In this document: piece by piece, positions 29,969 through 38,743 of the stretch
Layout of the letters: the number at the start of each line of letters is the position of its first letter
Position numbering within the stretch: the stretch's first letter is position 1
Assembly: GCA_963836235.1 (NCBI GenBank)
Contig: CAWIIP010000002.1
Coordinates: forward strand, 480,001 to 544,000
Length of the DNA: 64,000 nucleotides
Reading direction: 5' to 3'
From: an uncultured Pseudomonadota bacterium
GTDB lineage: Bacteria; Oederibacteriota; Muellerivitia; Muellerivitales; Muellerivitaceae
Notes under the pieces: model-generated
What the model saw: only the letters and a program-made list of their open reading frames with translations
Database searches by the model: none
What the model was told of the DNA's origin: nothing
Made by a program: the position numbers and the translations under genes

Positions 29969-32900
29969 TCACGAAACGGGTTGGGGGGTTAATTCCTTGA
30001 CGGGTTTTTGAATCCTGAACTTCTTCACTGAAAACCGCGACATAGAGTTCTTCGTGATGCTCTTGGCCGAAAGTTTGTAAAGATATTCACCCTCTGGTTT
30101 TCCCGCCGCGTCCCAAATGGTCACGGCATAAGCTCCCCCTTCCCGTCTCTCCTCGACCTTCCCCACCAGGCCGCCGGTGGAATCGAAAACTTCCAAGGTC
30201 ACATTACAGTCCTCTTTGAGGAAATAGAAGAACCGCAAGGGGCCCGGCTTGGGAGGCTGAGGGAAAATTCCCAAGTCTTCGGTAAAGACCGCGTCTTCCA
30301 ATCCTTCTTCCGAAGAAATCGTAATGTCCTTCAAGCGCAAAACTGGAAACTGGTCGCTGTGAAGGCGTATCTCATATTTTCCCTCGGGAAGACCCGAGAA
30401 ATTAAACCGACCTTTGGGATCAGTCATCACCGTAGCCGCCACTTTATCACCCTTCACCATCTCCAGTTTGGTTCCGGAAATAGGAGTGACACCATCCTTC
30501 CGAAGAAAAGTACCGTGAACCTTACCCAATCGTTGGATCTTCACCCGCCTGCGTGAAGACAGAAGCCCCGGCTTGCCCTTTTTGCCGACCGCCGCGACAT
30601 GGAAATACCAGGTCCCCTCTTGAATACCCTTTAATTGGATTGAGCGTTCAGTAGTGAACTGATCCTCGGAAGTGAGCGTTTCGATTTCGTTCGGGCTGAA
30701 CTTGTAAACATATCCCATGGGTTTATAACTGCCGTCATGCCGGTCATCCCAAGTGAAAAGGGGTTCGGTGTGGTTGACCGCCTCATCCTCCGCCGGATGG
30801 GTGGGGCTGGCCACCACCGGGGGAGGCATTTCCGCCGCCGCGACGAGGACCATAAAATGAGTGGGTTCGGAAAGGTTACCCGCCTTGTCTTTGACCACTG
30901 CGTGAAAATACCATACCCCGGGCTCGGAAGACTTCAAACTCACCATATTTTCCGTCGTCCTTTGGGCCTCGTTGGGCAGGGGCCGGGTGTCCGCCTTGCG
31001 GTCAAAAACATAATAAAAACTCTCAACACCGGATAATTTAGGGGCAGAGGCCATGTTGAATTCCATCTTGTTGGCGGCGTACCACCGCTGGGAATCGGGA
31101 TGGGTAGTCGAGGTCACTTGGGGTGCGGAAGGCTTGGAAAGGTCGATCTTGAGCCGGTAATGGGCCGCTTGTTCGCTGACGTTCCCCGCCCGGTCCTTGG
31201 CGACCAAGTGGAAATACCAGATGCCGCCTTCCAGGTTGGATAATTCCATCCGTCGGCCATCCACGAAGTTAGAGGGTTCCGCCGCTGGTTTGGCGTTTGG
31301 ACTTTGATCGAGCAAGTAATAATAACCAGCGATACCGGTCGCGTCCGCCGGGGCGTCCCAAACAAGGACGGGGGAATTTTGCGAACTCCAGTCATCGCTG
31401 GAATGGGTGGGACTGGTGACGGTTGGAACCCCCACGCCATGATCCGACAAGGAAGCGGCGGTGGTATTTCCTTCATGTTGTTCATTGCCTATTCGGTCCA
31501 CGGCCTGGATGCAATAGTAGTAAACGGTGTTTTCCTTAAGACCATCGCCCTTGTCCGTGAAAACCGTATCCTTCACTTCCCCATCGGTTGAAATTTTCTC
31601 TTTCTTGCCGCCTTCCATCCACCTGTAGACTCGGTAATAGTCGGTTCCGGAAACCTTATCCGCGACCGGGTTCCATTTGAGTTCAATATCGCCACCCGCT
31701 TTAGGCGTGGCCTTTAATTGGGTGACCGCCGCCGGGGGCGAGATATCCGGAGTGGTAGCGGCCATTTCACCCTCGGGATAGGCCTCCACGTTGCCGGCGT
31801 TGTCCTTGGCCCGGCAGCGAAAGGCATGGCGCTTGCCGTCCTGGCCTTGGTATACACCGTTGTATTCGGTCACATTGGTCAGCCAGTCGGTCCAAGGACC
31901 GTTATCAATCTTGACCTGGACATCAGTGGAGGCGATACCGCTGTGGGCGTCAGTGGAGCTCCATTCCACATAAATTTGTGTCTTATCCAACATGGCGGTC
32001 AGGGGTTTCATTTGGGATTTGGGCGGTGCCGTATCGATCAAGATAGGATAATGGGCCGCTTCCTTCCCCACGTTTCCCACCAAATCCTTCACGGTGACGT
32101 GAAAGAACCATTTTCCGTCTTTCAAGGCCGGAGCCGCGAGGGATGTGTCCGTCACCCACTTGCCGTTTCCTGGTCCTGGAATAGTGTGGGGTTGAGCGTC
32201 AAGTCCTAGGTAATAACCTTCCACGCCTGATTGCTCCCGGGGTGGATCCCACATGAATTTTGGAGACGTCGTCTTGACCCACTGATTGGAGGGATGTGTG
32301 GAACTTTTGATAAAAGCCACTCCCGCTTCACTGTCCACCCTTACCTTGAAATAGGCGCAAGCACTGACATTGCCTGCCTTATCCTTGGCGCAAACATGCA
32401 GAAACCAGGTCCCGTCTTCGGCGACCGTGGCTACGGTTCCTCGGCCCGTTGTCCAGGTCATGGATTTCAAGTCGGCGGTCCAATTTTCCTCTCCATTAAC
32501 GGCGTAGTAATAGCCATCAATGCCTGAAAGATCTCCCGGGTCCTTCCAAACAAACTCCACCCGTCGGGTACCGTACCATTTTTCCAATTGAGGATGGCTA
32601 GGGGAGGAAATGACCGGGCTTTCAGCCATCGTGTCAAGCCGTACCCGGAAAGTGGCTACTTCCTTGGAAATATTCCCCGCCACATCCTGGCAAACCACCG
32701 AAAGGATATGTACCCCGTCCCGGGGAATATCCAAAGTGATCTCGTTTTTATCCGTAAAGGAAGAAGCTTTCGGGTCGGGTGTTATCTTCGGGTCTTCGGA
32801 AAAGGTGTAGTAAAAGCCGGTGATACCCGAAAGATCATCGGGTGAAGCCAGCTTAAAAACCGCCTTGGGCTTCGAATACCACTGTTCCTGCTCTGGGTGG

Positions 32901-35578
32901 CTGGAAGAGGAGACAAAAGCCCGCCCTACCTCCGTATCCACATGCAGGGGGTAATGCACCGCTTTCCAGTCCACGTTTCCCGCCTTGTCCTTGGTGGTGA
33001 TGTGGAAATACCAGAGCCCGTCGTCGGTAAGTTCGAAGGAAACCATACGCTGGCTGGTGAACAGCGAGTTTTTGTCGTTGGGCACCGTATCGGCCTTGCG
33101 GTCGATGTTGTAGTAGTAACCCTCGATACCGGAATGCTCAAAGGGGTCCTCCCAATTCAAAACCACCCGGCGGTCCCGGTACCAATGGGCGGTTTCCGCG
33201 TGGGTGGAGGAGGACACCTGGGGCGGGCTAACTAATGTATCAATGCAGATTTTGATGTGCCCCGCCTGGGGCGAAATGTTGTCGGCCTTATCCTTGGTGC
33301 GGACATGCACGAACCATTGGCCGTCGTTGATTTCGTCAAAGGTAATCTTGGTCTTTTCGGTCCATTGGGTGGCCTGCGGTGAGCTTGTCGAAACCGTCGA
33401 ATGGGCTTCGGGATCGGGAAGGGTCATGGGATCGTGGTCGATGCAGTAATAATAACCTTCCACTCCCGAGAGATCGTGGGGAGTGTTAATGAGGACTTCC
33501 ACTTTGTTGTTGGAATACCACTGGTCGCTTTGGGGATGGCTGGTGGAAGTAAGCGTGGGAGCCAAAGCCTTGGTGTCGATGCGGATGGGATAATGGGCGG
33601 CCTGGTTGCCCAGATTACCCGCTTCATCCTGGGTAGCGATATGGAGGTACCAAAAGCCGTCCTCGAAAGGCCCCAGCGTCTTGCGGGTCTCTTGCGTGAA
33701 TTCCCCCGCTCCCGGCCCCGGTACGGTGGTCGGCTCGTGATCAGCCTTGATGAAGTAACCCTTCACCCCGGAAAGGTCCTTGGGGGTTTCCCAAGCGATC
33801 ACCGACGTGGGGTTGGCGACCCACTTTTCGCTTTCCGGATGGGTGGAACTGGTTATCTTGACTGGCGGTGCCGCTTCAGTATCTACCAGAATTTTGTAAT
33901 GGGAGGCTTGGCCCCCAATGTTTCCAGCCTCGTCCACTCCCACGACATGGAAGTACCAGGTTCCTTGGGGGGTCGAGGAAAGGGCTACCCGCTTGTCTTC
34001 AGTATAAGAAGCTTCCGGCGGCGCGGGCACGGTTCCCGGATAATGGTTTAAAAGATAATAATAACCGGAGAGCGCTGCCGGTGGATGGAGAAGGATTTCA
34101 ACATCGCTCGACTTCTCCCATTTTCCCGGCTGGGAATGGCTGGGAGACGTGATGGAGGGCGGCGGTACCGGCGGTGTTTTAAAGGATGAGGTCTCACTCA
34201 CCGTCAGGGAGGAAGTCCGATAGGCGCTAACGGCCTTGAATTCATATTCGGTTTCGGATTTCAAATCGGTCAAATGAACGCGGTGCCGTAAATTCATTCC
34301 TTTGTCGATGATCACCTTCCGTAAATCTTGCGATTCTTTTTTCTCACCGTAATGGATTTCGGAAGTGGCGGAGATGTCGGTGATCCAGGTCAGAAGCGCG
34401 CTGGAGGAAGTAAGCCTTTCGACCGTCAAATCCGAGATCGTGGGCATACGGGCCATATCGAATGTGGATCTTAAAAGAGTGCCGCCGTTTTCGGTGCAAG
34501 CATAAAGATAGTCCCCAAAGAGGCCGAAAGAGCGGACTCCTTCCGCGTCCCCCGCGAAGACAGTTTTCCAATCGGTACCATCCTGGGTTTTGAGGACTCT
34601 TCCCGAATTACCCGTCCCGGCATAAAGGGCGTTCTCAAAGACTTCCATGCAATAAAGGTTTAGTTCACGGGCGGTCTCGTAAACGCAAAGCCAATCCAGG
34701 CCGTTCTCGGTACGGTAAATTTTCACTCCCTTGGGGCTGGAAGTCCCGGCGTAAAGGGCCCCATTGAATTCTTGGAAACATTGAATGAAGTTCTGTCCCG
34801 TCGCGGTCATTTCCTCCCAATTGAGCCCGTCGGAGGAGGCAAAGATGAGCCCGCTGGGATAGGTGCCCGCAAAAATCTGGTTCTGGAAAGTTCCCAAACA
34901 GGTAACGGCCACCTCACTCAAGGAACCAACCGTGTTCCATTGCACCCCGTCAAAGGCAAATATTTTTCCTTTGGAGCTGGTTCCCGCGTAAAGCCTGCCC
35001 TTGAATTCGAGGAGGGAATGAATGCGGTCCTCGTCGGTGGTAAAGGCTTCCTTCCAATTTTCCCCATCGGTGGTTTGGTAGATGCCCCCGTTCAGGTTGG
35101 TTCCGGCGTAAAGAACGGCTTCCTTGCCGGGCGGAGCGTAGACGCAAAGGCAATAAATCTGGGTGACGTAATCCCCCGTCCCTTCCTTGGCGTCTCCCGT
35201 CGAAGAAAAGAACTTGGGGTTCATTTTGGTGAGCAGGATTTTTTTCCAGGAACCAGGAGCGCCACTGCTGGAACGAAGGATGAGGTCCTGTCCCGTGGCG
35301 GCATAGAGATAGCCCCGGTACTCAGCAAGGTCGTAGAGGGTGGAAATATCCTTGAATTCCTCAAGGCTCTCAAAAAAAGCGGGTGTGGCGGAGGTGAAAT
35401 AAAGGTCAATAACGGTTTTAAGCTGTTCCAGGGCTTCTTTAGCCGTCTTGCCCTGTGCCTGACAGCCGGGCAAAAGCGGACAACGGGCCACGACATTGCC
35501 GTGGGCGCGGGTTTCCAATTCAATGGGAAACTCGTAAGCAAAGGATTTCTTTTGGATTTTATCGTCTTTTTTCGACAC
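29969..35578 (-). CDS. 1869-aa multidomain protein: HicB-like N-terminus, beta-propeller, FN3/Ig repeats, T9SS/FlgD-like C-terminal domain
   Basis: ARCPLLPGCQAQGKTAKEAL (HicB-like); LYAGT repeats; ten Sx(S/T)H...W...GYYY...GxWYFHV..DxAGN units; VTLEVFD...WD...GEYLY. Confidence 0.8.
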   Translation of the reverse strand: MSKKDDKIQKKSFAYEFPIELETRAHGNVVARCPLLPGCQAQGKTAKEALEQLKTVIDLYFTSATPAFFESLEEFKDISTLYDLAEYRGYLYAATGQDLILRSSSGAPGSWKKILLTKMNPKFFSSTGDAKEGTGDYVTQIYCLCVYAPPGKEAVLYAGTNLNGGIYQTTDGENWKEAFTTDEDRIHSLLEFKGRLYAGTSSKGKIFAFDGVQWNTVGSLSEVAVTCLGTFQNQIFAGTYPSGLIFASSDGLNWEEMTATGQNFIQCFQEFNGALYAGTSSPKGVKIYRTENGLDWLCVYETARELNLYCMEVFENALYAGTGNSGRVLKTQDGTDWKTVFAGDAEGVRSFGLFGDYLYACTENGGTLLRSTFDMARMPTISDLTVERLTSSSALLTWITDISATSEIHYGEKKESQDLRKVIIDKGMNLRHRVHLTDLKSETEYEFKAVSAYRTSSLTVSETSSFKTPPVPPPSITSPSHSQPGKWEKSSDVEILLHPPAALSGYYYLLNHYPGTVPAPPEASYTEDKRVALSSTPQGTWYFHVVGVDEAGNIGGQASHYKILVDTEAAPPVKITSSTHPESEKWVANPTSVIAWETPKDLSGVKGYFIKADHEPTTVPGPGAGEFTQETRKTLGPFEDGFWYLHIATQDEAGNLGNQAAHYPIRIDTKALAPTLTSTSHPQSDQWYSNNKVEVLINTPHDLSGVEGYYYCIDHDPMTLPDPEAHSTVSTSSPQATQWTEKTKITFDEINDGQWFVHVRTKDKADNISPQAGHIKICIDTLVSPPQVSSSTHAETAHWYRDRRVVLNWEDPFEHSGIEGYYYNIDRKADTVPNDKNSLFTSQRMVSFELTDDGLWYFHITTKDKAGNVDWKAVHYPLHVDTEVGRAFVSSSSHPEQEQWYSKPKAVFKLASPDDLSGITGFYYTFSEDPKITPDPKASSFTDKNEITLDIPRDGVHILSVVCQDVAGNISKEVATFRVRLDTMAESPVISSPSHPQLEKWYGTRRVEFVWKDPGDLSGIDGYYYAVNGEENWTADLKSMTWTTGRGTVATVAEDGTWFLHVCAKDKAGNVSACAYFKVRVDSEAGVAFIKSSTHPSNQWVKTTSPKFMWDPPREQSGVEGYYLGLDAQPHTIPGPGNGKWVTDTSLAAPALKDGKWFFHVTVKDLVGNVGKEAAHYPILIDTAPPKSQMKPLTAMLDKTQIYVEWSSTDAHSGIASTDVQVKIDNGPWTDWLTNVTEYNGVYQGQDGKRHAFRCRAKDNAGNVEAYPEGEMAATTPDISPPAAVTQLKATPKAGGDIELKWNPVADKVSGTDYYRVYRWMEGGKKEKISTDGEVKDTVFTDKGDGLKENTVYYYCIQAVDRIGNEQHEGNTTAASLSDHGVGVPTVTSPTHSSDDWSSQNSPVLVWDAPADATGIAGYYYLLDQSPNAKPAAEPSNFVDGRRMELSNLEGGIWYFHLVAKDRAGNVSEQAAHYRLKIDLSKPSAPQVTSTTHPDSQRWYAANKMEFNMASAPKLSGVESFYYVFDRKADTRPLPNEAQRTTENMVSLKSSEPGVWYFHAVVKDKAGNLSEPTHFMVLVAAAEMPPPVVASPTHPAEDEAVNHTEPLFTWDDRHDGSYKPMGYVYKFSPNEIETLTSEDQFTTERSIQLKGIQEGTWYFHVAAVGKKGKPGLLSSRRRVKIQRLGKVHGTFLRKDGVTPISGTKLEMVKGDKVAATVMTDPKGRFNFSGLPEGKYEIRLHSDQFPVLRLKDITISSEEGLEDAVFTEDLGIFPQPPKPGPLRFFYFLKEDCNVTLEVFDSTGGLVGKVEERREGGAYAVTIWDAAGKPEGEYLYKLSAKSITKNSMSRFSVKKFRIQKPVKELTPQPVS

Positions 35579-35792
35579 AACCCACCTGACTTAACGCAGT
35601 GTAGTAAAGGTATCGTCGCCGGATTCAACCAAGGGGGCTATTTTAATCAAAGGTGAGAAGGTTGACAGTAACATTATCAACAGGAAACCCATAAAAACGA
35701 GGGCTCTTGCAGGTCTTCTTTTCTTATCCCGATTGGCAAAAGAGGTTCCATGGAGTCAAGGGTTAGATGGTAAGTCTGCAATTCAAAGGTTG

Positions 35793-36200
35793 TTAATGGG
35801 CATTCATCACCTCATCGTCCAACTGTTTCGCCTTATCCTGCCACTCCGCCTGGCTCGCGTACTGGTTCATCACTATGTCCAGGTAAGGCAGGGCCTGCTT
35901 TTTTATGACGACGATATAAGTTCCATTCGCGAAGTTATAGGCCAAATGATAAAGCGCCGGGGCGCACAAATCCGCCCGTTCCGGATACTGTTGGTACAAT
36001 TGCAAATAGAGGACCCTGGCCTTGTCGGTGTTTCCCATCAAATCGCACCAACGGCCCATGTCATAAATAACATCGGGAGCGTCTGAATCTTTTGGATTGG
36101 CCGCGACCCAAGCCAAAGCCTGGTCCGCGACGAAAGAAGTATTCAAAACCAGGATGAAAACCAGGATTACAGCGCCCGCGATTAAAACTATTTTTTTCAC
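35793..36200 (-). CDS. Membrane-anchored TPR-like protein
   Basis: N-terminal TM; LYQQYP...ALY helical repeat pattern. Confidence 0.6.
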   Translation of the reverse strand: MKKIVLIAGAVILVFILVLNTSFVADQALAWVAANPKDSDAPDVIYDMGRWCDLMGNTDKARVLYLQLYQQYPERADLCAPALYHLAYNFANGTYIVVIKKQALPYLDIVMNQYASQAEWQDKAKQLDDEVMNAH

Positions 36201-36477
36201 CCGTTCCGCCTTTATCCGGGTTTACCGGATGACTCTCCCTATTAACCTGATCAACTTACGGACTATCTGAAGCCAAATCCAGTGTATCCGGTTTCAATCG
36301 CGAAAAAGCCCTCAAAACCTCACCAGCGCCAAACCCATGCACCCCATCAACCAATAGTATTTCATCGGATAACCTCCTGGATTTTTGTTAAACCGTGCTT
36401 CCAAACCCGCTGGAAAACTGGAGCGATCCAGTTTTCCAGCGGGTGCCCCGGGAAACCCCGGGGTCCGTTCAACCCTT

Positions 36478-36663
36478 TTACTTCGCCGCGGGCGTGGAGC
36501 TGGCTTTCATGCTCTTCGTTCCCTTTTTCTTATGTGTTTTCTTCTTGTGTTTCATGGTCTTGGTTCCCGACGTTGGGCCCGGCGTGGCCGGCGCCGCGAA
36601 AATAGGCCCCGATACCGCCACCAGGAATAACACCGCAACCATTGAGGCTAACCACTTTTTCAT
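36478..36663 (-). CDS. Small secreted Lys/His-rich peptide
   Basis: Signal peptide, KHKKKTHKKK tail, AAGGAG RBS. Confidence 0.65.
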   Translation of the reverse strand: MKKWLASMVAVLFLVAVSGPIFAAPATPGPTSGTKTMKHKKKTHKKKGTKSMKASSTPAAK

Positions 36664-36853
36664 AACCTTCTCCTTTTTCTATTTCAAAATATACGGAAGG
36701 GGAAGCCGGCCCTTGGGCAGGCGGACCGGACCCCTTTCCGGACTGCTATTTCCAACTCCCGGCTGGGGCCGGGAACGGATAAATCGCCCGGCCTTTGGGG
36801 GCCGGGCCAGGGCCCGGTGCTGCAACCGGGCCCTTTATCGGGAGGTTAGGAAC

Positions 36854-37285
36854 TCAGAAATAATCGAGCGGCAGGGTCTCCCGGGGTTTGGAATGGGGCA
36901 CATACTTCGGCGTCGCCATGGCCATTCGCTTCGCGTTGTTTACTTCTTCCATGGATAAGTCTTTGTCCACTCGTAAATCCTGGCGCGGGTAGATCAAATC
37001 CGGATCCTTGATCTCATCCCGATTGGCCTTAAAGAGCATGGGCCACTCGAAAGAATCCCCGTAAACCCGTGATTTGCCCGCGATCATCCAAAGGCAATCG
37101 TGCTTTTCGACGAGGTAGTGGCTCAAAGGCTTCAAACTGGCCCTTTGCGCCGGAACCCGCTCGTTCGACATCGTCTTATCCGGCAAGGCGGAGCTATCGA
37201 TCCGCTTAGCGCTTCCGCAGCCGCAAACCCATTCGGTCAAAAACAACAAACCGCAAAGCCAAATGACGTTTTTTCGGTTCAACAT
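36854..37285 (-). CDS. LysM-domain lipoprotein
   Basis: Lipobox-like CGC; YLVEKHDCLWMIA...WPMLFKANRDEIKDPDLIYPRQ. Confidence 0.85.
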   Translation of the reverse strand: MLNRKNVIWLCGLLFLTEWVCGCGSAKRIDSSALPDKTMSNERVPAQRASLKPLSHYLVEKHDCLWMIAGKSRVYGDSFEWPMLFKANRDEIKDPDLIYPRQDLRVDKDLSMEEVNNAKRMAMATPKYVPHSKPRETLPLDYF

Positions 37286-37310
37286 GGTATATCTCCTTTT
37301 CTTTCCAAAT

Positions 37311-37640
37311 TTAAAATTTGAGGGTTTTTAAACGGCTTTTGCCGTAAACCTCGACAAAATCCCGCACCCTCGCCGCGAGAAAATGCCGTTCCGATTCAGA
37401 AAGACTCCTCTCCAAAGTGGAGCAGAAATCTTTCGTCGCGACCTTCAAAACAATTCGAGCTGTCAGTTCGGCCCAAGTTCCCCAATTCCCAACTTTGACT
37501 TTATCGACGGCGTTTAACCAGCTTTTTAACTGGCTGTCGGAATCCATGGCCTCCCTCCATAAAAATTCCTTCATCAAAAGAGAAATCAAACAATAAGGAT
37601 TAAACTTGGGTTCCAGTTCATTCTTTAAAGTGGCTTGCAT
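37311..37640 (-). CDS. Hypothetical protein
   Basis: ORF in the operon-like run; true start may be the internal MDSDS after GGAGG. Confidence 0.45.
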   Translation of the reverse strand: MQATLKNELEPKFNPYCLISLLMKEFLWREAMDSDSQLKSWLNAVDKVKVGNWGTWAELTARIVLKVATKDFCSTLERSLSESERHFLAARVRDFVEVYGKSRLKTLKF

Positions 37641-37662
37641 AGCTCTTCCTTTCGGGTTGAAT

Positions 37663-38097
37663 TTAACCTTTCAGTGGTTCTTCAACGCCGGAAGCCTTTT
37701 TATCAGGCAGGACGGATTTTGCTTTTGAACCCGTTTTTGTACCCAAAAGCGGCGGGGCATTGCCGGTGGATTCGGTTTCCTGTCCCAAACCCATCGGATG
37801 GGACGCCATCTTTTCCCACCTCCCCGCGAGGTTTTGCCGGATCGACTCTTGAGTCGTTTCCGAAACTGAAACAGCGTGGTCAGGCGTTAAAATTCGCCGG
37901 ACTGTCGAAGCCACCAAAACCTTTTGAACCTGTGGGTTGGATACCGGAACCGATGGATGCGAATGGTCCCGGAAAAACGAGTAAATCGGCTTATCCCAAG
38001 GGACACTTCCGATTTTTTCCCTGATTGGCTGGTAAAAACCGGCCCCGATGATGAGGGTGTAAACTAAGGCGCCTAAATAGAATTCATCACGTTTCAT
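37663..38097 (-). CDS. Hypothetical membrane-anchored protein
   Basis: AAGGA RBS, N-terminal TM. Confidence 0.5.
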   Translation of the reverse strand: MKRDEFYLGALVYTLIIGAGFYQPIREKIGSVPWDKPIYSFFRDHSHPSVPVSNPQVQKVLVASTVRRILTPDHAVSVSETTQESIRQNLAGRWEKMASHPMGLGQETESTGNAPPLLGTKTGSKAKSVLPDKKASGVEEPLKG

Positions 38098-38196
38098 GGA
38101 ATTTCCTTTCGTAAATATTTTCGGGCGTTAAAGGAACGCGCGAATGACCGGCCGGGTTAAAAAAGAACCCGGCTGGGAATTACACGAAAGGAATTT

Positions 38197-38523
38197 TCAG
38201 ATTCTGAGGACGAGGAAACTCTTGGGGGAGGAAACAACGGAGGCAAAAGCAACTCTTAAATGGTTCTCCAAAAGCGAAGGAGTCTTCACCTTGGAAATCC
38301 GGGCAATCAGGGTCGTTACATCCGGGGCTTCCCTTTCAACATTTCGAAGGGCCGAATGGGGAGCTGAAAGCTCCTGTGAATGAGTGGAAACGGTTTGAGT
38401 TTCTTGTTGATGGGCGGAATGGAGTGAGCCGTTATGAACCGCGACTACGACAGGACGCATGACAAAAGCCGGTAACAAGGCTAAAGCGAGAATTTTGAAG
38501 TAGATTTTGAGCTTTTTGCGCAT
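38197..38523 (-). CDS. Hypothetical exported protein
   Basis: Signal-like N-terminus; C-terminal LVLRI. Confidence 0.45.
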   Translation of the reverse strand: MRKKLKIYFKILALALLPAFVMRPVVVAVHNGSLHSAHQQETQTVSTHSQELSAPHSALRNVEREAPDVTTLIARISKVKTPSLLENHLRVAFASVVSSPKSFLVLRI

Positions 38524-38743
38524 CGTCGAGATCCCAATATTTGCTGTTAAAACCTGGAATAATTATTGAATCCCGAGCCCGGTAAAATCAAGAGGGTCCA
38601 ATCCATAATTCTAAACCAGCGAAAGTCCTATGTATTCGACGAATGGACTCAATGGAAAGTTTCTTGAGGAACCTTTTTAGGGAGGGCAAAAAACCTTTTC
38701 TAAGTTCGATCCGCAAAAGCTGAAATGGGACTAGAGACGGGTT

